Source of the DNA: Saccostrea echinata
Lineage: Eukaryota
Direction: 5' to 3'
DNA length: 64,000 nucleotides
Assembly (NCBI RefSeq): GCF_033153115.1
Contig: NW_026889759.1
Coordinates: 8,742,001 to 8,806,000 of the forward strand
Shown here: in pieces, positions 39,301 to 54,500 of the stretch
Layout of the letters: each line of letters opens with the position of its first letter
How positions within the stretch are numbered: position 1 is the first letter of the stretch
Notes under the pieces: model-generated
Told to the model about the DNA's origin: nothing
Seen by the model: only the letters and a program-made list of their open reading frames with translations
Databases searched by the model: none
Translations under genes and position numbers: made by a program

Positions 39301-42300
39301 ACTGTAGGAGGAGTAGCATTTTGAAAGTACTTCCCAGAAATTTCTACTTTTAGTAACCATAGCAACACCATTGAAATCAAAAACCAATACACAGAATTAT
39401 GTATCTTAGTGTAGTCTACTTGTGTGTTAAGTTATATTGAAATCAGACTAAAACTGTAGGAGGAGTAGCGTTTTGAAAAATTGTTTACAGACGGACAGAC
39501 AGACAGACGGACAGACGACGGACACCTTACTATCACATAAGTTCTTCTGGTTTCTGACCAGTAGAGCTTAAAAAATGACTGTTTTTTAATAATTGTTAAC
39601 AATAATTTTTACACACTGCAAAGAGATGAAAATAGGTCTTACTGTCATGATGAAACTGTACAGGTCTCCTATATTTAACAGACTCGGTGTGCTATGATCA
39701 AATGGAGGGGGGTTTCTTAGTGAAGCATAAACCAAAGGTGTAGTATCAACAACAGTGCTTCTGTCTGAAATGGCAAAGCAGTTCTTATTGTAATGATAAC
39801 TGATACTGTTATTATAATTCAGTAACCAAGAATATATAGTTATGTAGTCGGACCAAAATATATATAAATCATCAAAAAGTCATTATCAGAATGAAATGTC
39901 AACAGTTGATTAAAGTATGGTTCATCTGCCCTTATCCCACTGAAATATAGGTGAAATACTGCCAACTTGATGTTAAACAATAATCAATCAATCAATCTGC
40001 CTATATACCTCTTCCCATCTCATAGTAAGTGTGGTCCACTTTATGATTTCTTGCAAAAGGATCTATATAAATCGTCCCTGCAACTGTGCCTAAAATGATT
40101 GACAAAAGAAAAGTTACAAACTACCGGTAAACACATGATAAATGATATCTCTCCTCTATCTTCATTTTATCCAACTGTTTATACATTTATCACATTTCTG
40201 TAAACTTATCATTTTCTTACCATCTTCCTCTATGATATCAAACACTTCTACACTCTCATGCCAAGTACTGCAATCATGTCGTTCCTGTTGATAGAATATG
40301 ATATTAAAAGATTTAAATCAACTACTGCTCAAAATATTGTAAATAGCATAAATTTGTCTGCAACAAGTTCAGAAGAAACCTTTCTTAGTAGCCATGCACA
40401 ATTATTCAATATATTTGTGCAAAGTAGATATACAACATAATTGCATGCACATGTATTTCTATTTTTGGGGGTCTCTTACCTGAAATTTTATACCAAACAG
40501 TTTGGTACATAGTTGGAAGAAATTGTCTCTCACTTTAGAATATGGGAAGAATTCTGAAAACTGATCCAAACTTTTAAAACTGAAATAAAACAGGAAACAG
40601 AAGATAAAAATTGTTCAGGACAATCACTTTCAACTACATTGTATATTTAATATTGGAAAAATTTGAACATTGTTTACCCAGAGTGTAATTGACAGATAGA
40701 AAGTTCAAGAGATGAGTATACACTTGAACAAGAATTCTTGTCTAGGGTTTTTGGTTAAGAGTTGACTTCTGCACTTTGTATTATAAATAGTGGGTAACTG
40801 AATCAGTAAGCTAAAAATTACTTGTAAATATCCTCCATCCTCCTTTGCCTAAAGTACTCTATGTCCCAGTGTTCTATCTCAGATTTTTTAGAATACTCCC
40901 TCAGTGTTTCAATATCATTCTTCACAATATCATACAGCTTATTCTTCATCCTAAAATAAATCATCAATAAATTCTTCTCTGAGGCAACCATTCTACTACA
41001 CATGATTATTATAAATGGTTTGCAATCTTTTTATACATTGCAAATACATGTAATACTATACATACATGTACCATCCACTTTAATCCATGTTCACTTATTC
41101 AGTATTTGACAATTTTGTAAGTGACCAATTTTATGACTAAGGAAATCAATTGATACACAAATTGAAATTACATTAGCATATAAGATTAGAAACACAAAAC
41201 CTTAAAAGACTGAAAACGCACTGTACAACCTACTACATGTGTACTTACATGTCCAGGACGCTGACAACATTATCCATACTCCCTGCCATTGTTCTCTCCA
41301 ACACCATATCAACATAACTTTTAAATCCTAGCTTTGTGGCCAAAAGATGTCTGTAAGCAAATTAACAAAGAAAATATGAAGATTGAGCTATTTTTAAAAA
41401 AGATGACATTTTCATGAAAGGAACATTCTGTCAAGTCCACACATGTGCAATTTATGTAGGTACCTGTTTTGGACAATTCCATGAATGGCTTGTACATTAC
41501 TAGAGCGTTTTTCCATCATTTCACTACCAGCCATGCTGACCATTTTAATCCACACCTCTTTCCGCAGAGAACCAAGTCGGCAGTATCTCAGGATACCATC
41601 ATAGACGACTGGATGATGAACAATCCTCCATGGACCTTTTCTTGGGTCTGAGCTGTGATGAGAACAAAATATGCCGATAAATAAATACTTAACACATGCA
41701 AGGTAACCCATAATGTGTAAACTGAATAAATTAAATGCCTGATCTGAATTTTTTCTTTAAATTTGATATAAAGGATTTTTTTTCCATTTCAATAATTTAA
41801 AAAATTATGAAAATAGTCAATAACAATTTAAATGAAACCCAAAAGCACCAGAACAGACTCTTTACAAATAACAAATGCAAAAAGGAAAAGAATGTCACTG
41901 AGTCAAGAAATTATAATAATTAATTATTTTACAGATTATTCTTTTTTCACATAGCCATGCCAACATCATTTATCAAAATCACAAATCAATAATATAACTG
42001 TCTTCATTGGTATAATCTACTTGAAATGAAAACAAAAAAGAATTGTGTGTCTTAGTGTGCTCTGCTTTTGGTCATTGTACCAAGAAAACTGCAGGAGAAG
42101 TAGCATTTTGAAAAATTGTTTACGGAAAAACAGATCGACGGATGACGGACCTGATGCCATTGCTGGGACCAGTAGATTAGAGCTAAAAATCCACATAACA
42201 TTTTATAAGCTTACCCTGGTGGCACCATGTACTGTAGAACATTAAGTGGAATTCCCTGGACAAAGGACTCGTCAACCTTCTGCATGGAGGTACTTAAGGC

Positions 42301-45300
42301 ATTGTCAAGGTTCAGCCTGAAATTGACAAACAAAAAAAAAAAAAAATGCAGAATGATCTAAAATTGAATCCTGTGGTAAAGATATATACAGATAAACTCT
42401 GGTATCTCGAACACAGATATCTCGAATACCATGGATATGTCGAAGTGATTGTGAAGTCCTAACCATGTACCGGCATTTCTTAAGTATTTTACCCTTGATA
42501 TCTTGAACCCTCGGATATGTTGAAGATTTTTCTCGGTCCCATCAATTTCGAGATAATGAGGTTTGATAGTATGTAGAAAGTATCACTATTTATAAGATAT
42601 ACACGTTTTATACATGTAGTGTTAAAAATTGAATAAGCTTGAAGATTTGTTACTTTTTCTTAAAGATACATGCATTCCATGATAGATATAAAGATAAGAG
42701 GAACAGAATTACATTGTTATGTATACACTTCACCTATACTCATGCATTTTACCTGTACTTATCTTGTTTGTGTAAGATCTTTTTTGTAATTGTAGAAAGT
42801 CCCTTCTTTTGGGAATCTTTAAGTTCTGCTCCGTTTCTAATGAATTCATGAATGTATAGGTCAAGTAACCTGGACTGGGCTTCTGTGAGATTTCCATTGT
42901 TGCGAACACTCTTAATATCAAACCAAATTTCAAAATATTGATTAGATACAAAAATAGGAAAAAAGTATACATTAATGGATTATGAAATACAATTCAGATA
43001 GCAGGTAAAGGGTATATCTTGGACTTACGAGCAATGCTTTGTACAGACTTTGCCCATACCACCTCTCTGACTCTACTCGTCCTGCAATGTCTGTTGTCTG
43101 GTAGGTAAAAAAATCTTTTACACTTTAGCTTATTTGATTAAACATTTTCCCTTCTCAGTATAATAATTTTTTTTTCTTTCTTGACAAATTTGCATGCTCT
43201 TTTTGCTCATAATAAAAAATGTAATATGCCAATCCTAAAGATATACATTTACATGTATTCATAGTCTGTCCTTTTTTGGGGGGGACATTTAGTTCCATTT
43301 CTCCTAATTTTAAAATCATTATTTTCACAGTTCTGTATACATGTAATATCCTTTCTTTCATTTCTTTTGCAGAAAACAAATCCTATATATCCTTAATTTT
43401 TTTTCATTCTTTTATGTCATCAATATAATGATAGACACAAAGTTAAATCCAATCTCTCTTGTTACACAGTAATTCAAATAATACAAATTAATACTAATTC
43501 CATCTGAAAGAAGTATCTGACCTCTGTCCTTGAAAAATTAGGGAGAAATATTGATAGTCCTAAAATAACTGGAAAGCAAAGACATAAATTTTGAAAAGTA
43601 GAAGCCTTGAATTATAAAGCAACTGATGAAAATTAATGGTATCTATTATAAACTAGACTTGCAATACCTATTAAATACTTCCTTTTAAAATTAATTTTTA
43701 CCTTCAAAAATGCATCATAATATTTTCCAGTTTTTCCTACGCCCAGCTGTTTGCCGGTGTACAAACTGTAATATAATGGCACACGAGCCTTTTCTACTGG
43801 ATGTAAAACAGATTCAAATGTAGGAAGTTCTGTAGATTCTACAAAGACAAAAATAAGTCAATAAATATAATTCACGGCTTGGTTCACTCATCACAGTAAT
43901 AATTCATTCAAAAACTTTCAATAAGAGCATAATCTAGTGCTCTGTTATTTTCTATTTGAATACTTATTTGTCATTTGAAGTGCAAATTTGAAAAACTGAC
44001 GATGTCACTGAAGCACTTGTACATGTAAATGGAAAGTACAGTATGAAATCATGTAATTGATATAAACCTGTATCTTCATAGATTGCTTAGACATTATTTA
44101 TTACTTGGATACTACCAAATCAGATGCATGTATTTCATGAGTCTTTGACTGTGTCTTCTGAGATAAAATAAATCTTCAATTCTAGAAGTTCAGTAAACAT
44201 AGGTAATCAAAGATTCTGAAGCTCACCTTGACAACTGTTATGATATCTGAGTTAGGCAAAGCCTCATACCAAATAAATATTCTGATACTGTGCATTCCTA
44301 GATGCATCATCCATGCAAGTTTGGTCATAGATACTTTGGAATGGACCTGCTACAAAACCTTTGAACTGGTCACTCCTCAGCAAAATATAGGTCAGATCCA
44401 GCATCCAAAGCAGAACTGTCAGTGTGCATCCCAAACATGCATCATTCATGCAAATCATCACAGGTCTTCTAGATACTTGGGAATGGACCTGCTCCAAGGA
44501 CTTAACCTAGTCAATCAGTCATTTGAAAAATGGAAGTCAGATCCAGCACCTGAAGGATGTATGGTAGAGTGCATCCCTAGATGCATAATCCATGCAAGTT
44601 TGCTCACTTTCAGGCTAATAGTTACTTGGGGATGGACCAACTAAAAAACTTAAACCTGATCATTCATTTGAAAAATGTAGGTCAAATCCAGCATCTGAAG
44701 CAAGCCTGGTAGAGTGCATCTCTTATAGATGCATACTCAATGATTGCTCCTAAAATTTAAACTTAGTGCAAAAACTTTAATGTACTGCAAAAACATTAAC
44801 CTGGTTATTCTTCTGGAAAATATTGGCTGAAAATGCAACAGGTACATTGAAACATACTAAATACATCTTTCATGCACCTTAATTAATGAGAGGCATAAGG
44901 TTTACTTGGAAATCTGCTTCAAAAACTTAAATGGGATGCTGATGCTGACAGTTGTGGGTATAGAATAAACTCACACTGACTTCACAGAGGTGAGCTAAAA
45001 ATGTAGGCACTGATTAATATTTGTTTTCTCCTATGTGCAACTTTTTAGTACCTTGTAGATCTTTTAAATGATTTTGAAATGACATATCAAAATCCTGGGA
45101 AAGTTTAGCTGCCCCTGTGATAATTTTGTCTGGTGGTATACTAAAATCTGGCATTTCATGGTATCGTAATAATGGATTTGTCTCAGGTGTATCATCAGGG
45201 ATATCAGGCAATCTGTTCAAATGAAAAACAAAATAACAAAGTTAAGTTCAAAGGAGAAGGAAAATATAATCAACAGCATACCATCACCAATATGAATGTT

Positions 45301-48300
45301 GTTGCTGGTATAATAATAATATGATACTTCCCTAATATGTATGACCTTGAAACTGTTAGGGTGAGAGTGGTTTCCTTTGCATGAATAAATAGTTAATTCT
45401 ACACAACTAAAATTATAGGTCTGCAATTTCCTTTTTGCATACTGCATAAACAATGATAAAATTTTCAGTAACTTCTGTAGCCAGATTTTTTTGTGTTTCT
45501 TTATCAACATCATTTTTTTTCACACAATTTTTTCACTTAAATAAGGTTATAGTAAAATTTTTCCCAAACTTTGATGACTCCCAATAACTTAATGAGGCCG
45601 AGTCTAATTACTTCTACCCTAGATATTTTGATAAAACTTCTTGAATGAATATTTACTATTATACTAATTATTTTAAGATAAAATAAAGTGCCCCGCCACA
45701 GCATGATACTCCCGGCAAATATTGTTCAATTATCATAAACATGCAGTTTAGGGTGCAAGAAAATCATGTCAACCTTTTATTCAAAGATTTCCATGATTTT
45801 TCCATTCCTTATGATATTTGATGTTTATACATTTCCTGTAGTGCAAGCACTAATTATAATAAATTTCTCAACTGGTTGTGTTAGACCTTGACAAATGCCC
45901 ATCTGCAGCCCCCCCCCCCTCCACCCCCACCCCATCTTTCATATTTCTTTGATATTTACAAAAAATTAAATAAAAATTTCATATTAAACAATATCAAAAT
46001 AGTCTTAACAATTTAATCTATACCAAATTAATTTTGAAAATAAAAGGCTGGCCATCAAATGACATATGCTACAAACTGACAAGCAGTTTTTCTGTCTAAT
46101 TCCCAAAGGATAGTATGGTGGCATATTTCTGCCCCTTGTGTGCAAGTTATTTTTCTATCAAATAAGTTGACATGCAAGATAAATATGTTGACATGCAAGA
46201 TAGTTATGTCAACATGCAACATAACTATGTTGATATGCAAGAAAATTGCAATCAAATAAAAATTATAAAAAAAATCTTCAAAAATCTTAAATATCGCCCA
46301 CCTGTGACATCCAACATGCTAGATGCTACTTATTTATGTCAACATGCATTTTATTTATGTTAACATGCTAGATAAGTATGTTGATATGCAACTTATTTAT
46401 GTCAACATTCAACTTGGTTTTGTTGACATGCAAGATAAATATGTTGATATGCAACTTATTTATGTCGACATGCAATTTATTTATGTCGACATGCAACTTG
46501 GTTATGTTAACATGCAAGATAAATATGTTGACATGCAACATATTTATGTCGACATGCAACTTATTTATGTTTACATGCATTTTTCAGATACAGTTCTGCT
46601 ATTACCTTAACCTTAGACCTTGAAATATAGTTCAAGGTCACTGCACATTCTTTAAAAGAGACCTCGGACTAACAGATGGACGGACGGACACACTAATTAC
46701 TATAGGTCGCCAGCAGAGAGGGGCCCTAAAAATGTTTTATAATCTACGGTTACGTTTCTGAATCGCCAGGACATTTTATCTAAGGAAATTCAACTTATAC
46801 TTTGTTGACCACCTCATATTATAGAAAATAATTTAAACTGCAACTTTTGCTTGAATAAATTTTGGATCATTAAAATCAACTTCAATTTCACCTACCAAAA
46901 AAAGAAAAAAAAAAGAAAACCAGAACCGTGCCTCATGTCTTGGGTAGTAACGAATCTGCACGCTCGCACAAATGTTCAAATTGTGTATCATATAATTTCT
47001 TTTGCATTTAAATGTAATCATTTAATTCAAAATCTTATCATTTTGAAAATCGATCATATTTAAAAAAGTATATATCCAAAATAAAATCGCAAATCGATCA
47101 TATTCACTGTAAGACATTTACATCGATTTGTGATTTCATTTTTGGATATTTACTTTTTTAAAATTATATACATATCCGCTACTCAACATAACTAAGTTGC
47201 ATGTCAACATATTTATCTCGCATGTCAACATAACTAAGTTGTATAACTAACATAACTAAGTTGCATGTTGACATAAACAAATTGCATGTTGACATAACTA
47301 AGTTGCATGTTGACATAAATAAGTAGCATGTTAACATACCTAAGTTGCATGTTGACATAAATAACTTGCATGCCAACATATTTATTTCGCATGTCAACAT
47401 AAATAAAATGCATGTCGACATAAATACGTAGCATCTAGCATATTGGAAGTCACATGTGGGCGATATTTGAGATTTTTGAAGATTTGTTGTAATTTTTATT
47501 TGATTGCAATTTTCTTGCATGTCAACATAGTTATGTTGCATGTTGACATAACTATCTTGCATGTCAACATATTTATCTTGTATGTCAACATATTTGACAG
47601 AAAAATAACTTGCACACATGGGGCAGAAATATGCCACCATAGGATAGAGATAAGAGCTGCTTGATCAGAGATGCTCTAACAGAAATGATTGAGACAGCTA
47701 GCCTTCCTATACATTGAACTCATTAATTATAATCTTTAACTGGATGCATGTCCATTCATTACTCCCAAGGGATGAATGGATCTGCACTATCTGCTTTAAT
47801 AGTCTGTATTGTAATAAAAATGCATATTTATGTCATTCTGTTGAAAACAGAGATTTTTTTTTTTGACTTGTTACAAAGATTTATAAAAAGAAACAAAAAC
47901 TTGTGTAAACTTGATGCAATATTTTTAAGTTAGTTTTAATCACTTTTCACCAAATTCATTTTAAAAGTTAAAAGGCTAGCCAACTACATTCAATTAGTCC
48001 AACGTTGATTCCTTTGCCCAGGAGATATAGATACCACCTGCTTGATCTGAGATGCTCTACCAGTTAGTTCCTCACACTAAACTCATTAATTTCTCTCTAA
48101 TTTGACATGTAATTTTCTGTTATCAAAATTCTCCTTGACCAGTGCTTGATGATTACACCCATGGGAGAGGTGGAATTTCACACACCTTCTACCTAAGATG
48201 CATAAATTGGCCAAGTTTGATGATTCTAAGTCTAATAGTTTTCTAGTTATGAGCCTGACAGGATTTTTCCATATTTGGCCATAGCATCTTAATTAAAGGT

Positions 48301-50437
48301 CAGGGCCATAGCATCTTAATTAAAGGTCAGAGCGACCTACTTTTAATGCGCGACACACCTTCTACCCAAGACGTATCAGCTGACAAAGTTTGATAATTCT
48401 ATGCCTAATACATGTAGTATTAAAGTTATGAGCCGGACACGAAAAAGCTAACAGACGGACGGATGGACATGAAGGCTATAACATAATACGTCCCTTCTTA
48501 AGACGGGTGAATAAAAATCAAAGGTTTACCATCCCGATTTCTTAGGGGGCCATCTCAAAAGTTGTCAAATTTTCCTATTGGACCCTATGGGAATTTGTTG
48601 GAAAAGTGCCAAATTATCACATTTTCCCCATATTTTTTGTATTTCTGCCCTAGGGATTTCCTTTTCAGTCAAATAGATGAAAGTTCATAAAAAAGGCACC
48701 AAATTGTGAAAACTCAAAAAAGTTTACCATCTGATTTGGTCTAGGAATTATTACAAAGTTTATTTTTTTCCAATGCCCAATACCTCTAAATTTGCCATAA
48801 TACGGCATACATTTGTATATATCGGCGCAGATGAATTATTTTAGTAAAAAATACATGTAACCATGTTTAGATTGCTGGTATGTTTCTTTTGATGTTCTGT
48901 CAACAGTTTTTAATAAAATGTCCATGGGCGTCTTGAATATTCAAGCGAGTTAAATGCATAATACTTCAGTGTCATGCATTGCTTCAGCGTCATGCATTGC
49001 TTACAGAACCAGAAAACAGTGACGTCGTGAAAGCCATTTCGGCGTTTATTCCTAATTATTGTCTTAAAAGCACATTTTAAGACCCATAAATGTCACAGAT
49101 AATATAATGTTAATTTTGTATTAAAATTACAATACTTAGGATAGGTGTTATGTTGCACCTAAGTCTGCATGAAACTAAAAAGCTGTGCAAAGACATGCAC
49201 ACTCGAATTAGACTCGGCCTCGTTAAGATTGATATTCCAAACTTCTGATATTTCTTGGACAATTCAAGCTGCAGATCTGTAGCTCACTGGTCTTATAATA
49301 TTGAGATCTATGACAAAAGAGCTACAGTGCAACCAACTGAAAAAAAGTGTATATTCATTGTTCACCAAAAAATGTCTGCTATTTCTCAATGTATTTCTCT
49401 ATATTCAAGCTGTCATCTCAAAATATCAGTAACTGTTGTTTACAGCCCTCCTATGCCTTAAATTCAGACCATTGAAAATTTTGCCTATATATACATGTAC
49501 TTCAATTTTGTGTGGCAAGACAATTTGGTCTAATTCACTTTCTGCTTGATGTATACATACAGATTTATTATCTATATAGCTCTCTATAAACCCATATATG
49601 GACAAGGTAGTGAAATTTAATCAAATTACTGCATATTTTTAATAAATTTTTTTTCAGGATAACTATATCTTTGCAGTCACACAAGTCTTTGTTATTCCTT
49701 GTTCAAAATAAAAATTTGGCATGTTTCACAACAACATAAGTTTCTTTCTTACAATACAAGGTATAACAAGTACCACAGCTGCAAAGTCAATGTGTAAATG
49801 TTATTTTGAAAAGTTTCAATAGAGTATTCATCCCCACAATGTCAGTGGTATTATGTCAACTCGTTGCCATAAGACCCCTGTCAGACCAACTTCATTCAAT
49901 ATCTTACAGGGCTGACTGCAGCAACGTCTTTTGGGAAAATTACAAATATTTATTGATTGTTTTTCTTATCTCTCAATCAATCACATTAAGCCTTTCGGAG
50001 ATAAACTACATGTAACACATGTATTTGAGGTGTCAACTGATTCCTTTCTGTTTACATTATTGTCTACTTCAATTTGCTCAAAGAGAGAAACAAGCATAAA
50101 AAAAGAATGAAGTTAGTCAGGGGATCCCATGTCAACGAGCTGACACAGGACCCCTGACGTTTTGAGGATGTAGATTTTTATACAAAGAAATTAAACAATA
50201 TTTTATTTAAAAAATTGGAATCATCTGCGAGAAAATTCGAACCAATGACCTATATGCATTATGCAACAGTGTCTCATTTTCATCGAGCAATGAATACTTT
50301 CTGTGTTATACGTCAACTTACAATAGATGAAATCCTGACATTGTGTAGTTAATGTTGATCAATCGACGTTGTACATGTGCTATACAGGGAATAAACAATC
50401 TTTTTCCGTGCCGACTGATCATGATGGAAGCAGACAT
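36348..50437 (-). CDS. Peptidase M3A/oligopeptidase A-like protein, ~733 aa, probably mitochondrial and catalytically inactive. Exons 50437-50322, 45212-45052, 43838-43702, 43097-43029, 42910-42753, 42316-42215, 41652-41464, 41350-41249, 40950-40822, 40579-40480, 40284-40221, 40089-40009, 39764-39643, 38298-38094, 37512-37437, 37236-37210, 37083-36936, 36839-36763, 36486-36348
   Basis: NPLL..MPDF, KGPWRI, ATKLGFKSY..MAGS, EHWDIEYF, KLFGIKF, IYIDPFAR, FRDTYLRMGAGVDPKTVFRTFMGRDP; 19 exons sum to 2202 nt in frame. Confidence 0.88.
38283..38510. repeat. ~47-bp tandem repeat (5 copies) spanning a splice acceptor
   Basis: GGAGGACACATCCCATCTGTAATGTCAAAATCAAAAGTCAAA units near 38283, 38330, 38377, 38424, 38465. 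Confidence 0.85.
38519..39575 (-). mobile_element. HINE-like element with ~156-bp tandem units
   Basis: Repeated GAAATCAGA..AAAACTGTAGGAGGAGTAGC units; GACA/GACG microsatellite; AGCTTAAAAAA end. Confidence 0.75.
45593..49222. mobile_element. TTAA-flanked TIR element hosting nested insertions
   Basis: TIR (T/C)GAGGCCGAGTCTAATT; TTAA at 45589-45592 and 49223-49226. Confidence 0.6.
46114..47641. mobile_element. Non-autonomous foldback element, IS3EU-like
   Basis: ~460-bp inverted arms starting TATGGTGGCATATTTCTGCCCC with 21-bp GTTGACATGCAA subrepeats; 6-bp TSD GGATAG. Confidence 0.75.
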
Positions 50438-51564
50438 CTTGGAAATCTTCAGAATAACGAGCCCGATACAATTAAATATTCAAAACGTTCTTTCTTACCT
50501 CATTATGATCATTGCGTTTCATAGTGATTATCAAGTCCAGAAAACACATTTATCAGCAAGAATTTTTTTCTTGCATTTATTAACTTTCGCAAATTAAAAT
50601 ACTATATATAATACTACAATAAATCTACCATTGTTACTTAATTACATTTACATGCATCTCTCAGCTTTTAATTATGCCTTTAAAAAGAATTATACCTCTA
50701 ATAATTCTTATTTTTATCAAAGAATTGATTCCTTGGTTTTTATACACAGAAAATTTTCTTTGCATAATTTAAGTAGTCTAATTGGCATTCCATCCCATTC
50801 GATTGACACTGGCTTCTCACATCCTTGTTGCATTTACTTGCCATTCATTAGCTTGCGATTCATAAATAAGAAGAGGCATTTGACTGAACAAAGAACTTAT
50901 TCTATTATAGCTATAGCATAGTTATATGCTCCAAATGCTTAAATAAACTACTTTCACTGAAGGTTGTCTATATATAATTAATACATTAGCTATGCATATG
51001 CCATATCCTTTACTACTTTAGTTTTCCATTAAAAAGAATTAAATTCAATATATTCACATCAATTCCAGAATTTTCTCTTCATTCTAGAGATAAAATCATA
51101 ATTGTTATCACAGTATGCTTTCAAAATTATCAATTTCTGGCATTTAATATTTAGATGCACCTTAATAATGGGATTTGTGTCTTGAATTTGAATGTTTGCT
51201 GAATTATATACGTCTTCTTTATGTTGATGTCCACAAAAACATACATCAAGAAAATTGTCCTCTACGAAGTGAAATAAAGAAACATAGTGATCAAGTTTAA
51301 GAATAATGCAAATATTTGTTCATATGTCCTTCCATCCAAATAGTTATAAAAAAATGGGTTTCTGAATCTGAATCTGGAAACTCCATAGTTGCCAAATTCA
51401 GCAACCATAGCCAAAATCAGCAACGTTTCTGAATATTTGGACTTTCTGTGGCTAGCGTCCTTTAATGATCCCATGTACACTACAAATACATGTACAATTT
51501 TTTCAGACAAAAGACAAATAAACTATAACAATGTTTTTTAATTAACATAAATACAGTACAACAA

Positions 51565-54500
51565 TCAGGATTTGTGTTTTTTCTTTTTGAATTTCTTCCG
51601 AACTCCCAGGGATTCCTCTGTATCATCTGCTTCATCATCCTCATTCTTACGTTTCTTTCTTCCTCGTTCTGTTTCATTCATTTCCTGAAAAATAATTTCT
51701 TTCTTTCTTTAATTTTCATAATAACATTTAAAGCTGAAATACTTATGACAATTCAACAATACAAGTACAGAATTCCATTATTCATTATTCTCTAAATACT
51801 TCAGTTTCTACATGTAGAAATCCTGCACCAATGTATGAACATGTTTTGCCACCCACCATTTTGGCGTATCTCTGTGCCTCTGTCACTCTCTCCATCAGCT
51901 GCATCACCTCCTCCTCCTCTGTCTTATACAGGGGCAGCTTCTTACCAATCAGGTGTTCTATTCTCTGATACAGCTCCACATCATACCTAGAGATTAGTTA
52001 TAATTCATCAGTACCTCCATCACGATTTATGAGGATTTTTCAGGTGCCATGTACACATACCACAAATGGCTAATTAAAGATAATATGTTCTTGTAAAATA
52101 AACCGTAATTGACAATAATAAAGGGCTTCAGTGAAGCATCTTCTAGTAATAATGTGTTTATGTGAAACATTTAAAATCATGTACATTCATGCATTTATGG
52201 ATGTTATGATAGACAGCAATAATTTGATGTCCTAGAATTGTAACAGGTACATGTACAACATGCTATAAACTTACTGTGAAACAAAGGTGATGGCTACCCC
52301 TGAACGCCCAGCTCTTGCTGTCCTGCCAACTCGATGGATGTAATCTTTAGAATGTGTTGGGATGTCAAGGTTCAAAACAACATCCACATGTGGTATATCA
52401 AGACCTCTGGGATAAATGAAAATATGTTTTCCAATAAATGACATCCAGGTTAATGCTTTTATGCATTTACAGTAATGCTCTATTTTCATCATAATTTATA
52501 TATTTCATCAGATTTTTTCTCCATTTAATTATGAAACTAACCTGCTTGCTACATCAGTGGCAATAAGGATGGATCTGTTTTTACTCTTAAATTTATTCAA
52601 AGCTCCAAGTCTTTTTGACTGATAAAAATTAAAAAAAGTTGTATAATTGTTTTGTATCAAAAGAAAACATCTAACAGTATATGTGTATCTTTCTTTTAAT
52701 ATAATGGTGAAAAAATAAAACAGATACATGTATCACTATCAAATCATATATTATTTGCTCCTATAGAAAATCTTCATTTGACTAGCAGAGCAATTTTCAC
52801 CTCACTATCATTATTTTGAAAATTATAATATAAAAAAAAATAATTAAATACCTGACTCATCTGTCCATGCAGTGGAATTGCAGTGAGTCCCAGGTTCCGT
52901 AACATTAGTGCCACTCTCTGTGTGTTAGCGCATGTACTACAGAACACCATGAAGGAGTTGCCAGCCAACTCATTCAAAATATACACCAAATAGACATCCT
53001 GAAATTATAGATTATTTGCACTATATTCCATATACATATACCTGTATGTACATTAATATTATAGATATGATCATAATAATTCAAACAAATCTGAATATTT
53101 TTAAGAGAGTTCTCACATATGTTTTGTTATTTCTGGCTTGGTGGTTCTTGAAAACAAGAGGATTTCTATATGACTCTAGTTGAAATTGACTCATTGGTTC
53201 AAGAGAAAAATTTGAAAATGGAGAAAATTTAGAGATGACACATGACAGACAATTACAGACAAAAACAGATAGCAAATACATCACCTAAGGTGACTTTTAA
53301 ACAGCTACCTTGAATTTCACAGGTATAAAAAGGTAGTACTGTTGGAGTTTGTCCACTGTTTGGTATTTTGATGAAACTTCAACTCTCACTGGGTTTTGCA
53401 GGGATGCCCTTTGTAATTTTGCCACCTTGTTAACAGATGAAAAAAAGTTTAAAGATTTAGTCATTTTTGCATTCTTTTTAAATATGCATGTACATGTATA
53501 CAGATAAATCTTTATTGTTACATGGAAAGCAATTGTTTTTACTTTGTGAAACTTTTTTATGCTAGAGCTTAGAGAAGACAGTAAAGGACACACAAAGAAC
53601 AGAAAGTTGATACCAACATCAGCCAGGATTTATCAGAATACCTTTTTTGTCATTGTGGCAGAAAACAGCAGAGTTCTTCTCTCTCTTGGTATCACTTTCA
53701 GAATTTTATCAACCTGTGCATAAGACACATGTAAGAATTAATTCATAGTGAATTGAAAACACAATAAAAAGATTTTAATATAAAGTACATGTACATGTAT
53801 TACATGTAGTGATTAACTTTACATCAGATATGAAATTTAGAGAACAATACTTGGTTCTTTCATGTTTTGTCAGCTTCTTAAGGTATGTGTTTTCTCAGGA
53901 ATCATTTACCTCTTGTTCAAAATCCATATTAAGAATTCTATCTGCTTCATCCATGACCTGTTGAAAACACACAGTACATGCACATTAAAAAGGAGTTAAG
54001 AGGTATTCTTAAAACAAATTACACAAAGAAAACACTTTTGTAGAGAAAACACTTGTTGTTTAAATGCTAAGTACACCAGTACACATAACCTTTCTAAGGA
54101 AAATCTAATAATTTTTCTTACCAAATATTTGAGAGACCTTAAGTTGAATCCCTTTGTGTTTTCTAGATGGTCAACTAATCTTCCTGGAGTTGCTGTTGGG
54201 AAACAGTATAAAAAGAAATCTTTTTTTTCAACAAAATCCAGAAAATATTTACATAAAATTAAGTCATGAAATATTTATACAAAATATTCTTATGAAATTA
54301 GTACATGTATCTTTATTAATGTTCCTATTAAATTCAAGTTCATTCGGGTTGATTTACTTATGAATTCTAACCACCTCAACATCATTTGCCTCAGAAAATC
54401 TCCAAGCAAAATTAACTTGCTGCAATTATTAACTTTTGTGCCAAAGTTTAAAACAACTTTTACAATTATCCGAACATTCTTTTCTAAAATACGGTCCTCA

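Noticed and set aside
46055-47664. Repetitive ORFs (YVDMQ / LFMSTCN repeats) as proteins
   Set aside because: They are translations of 21-bp subterminal repeats of a foldback element and are open in several frames on both strands
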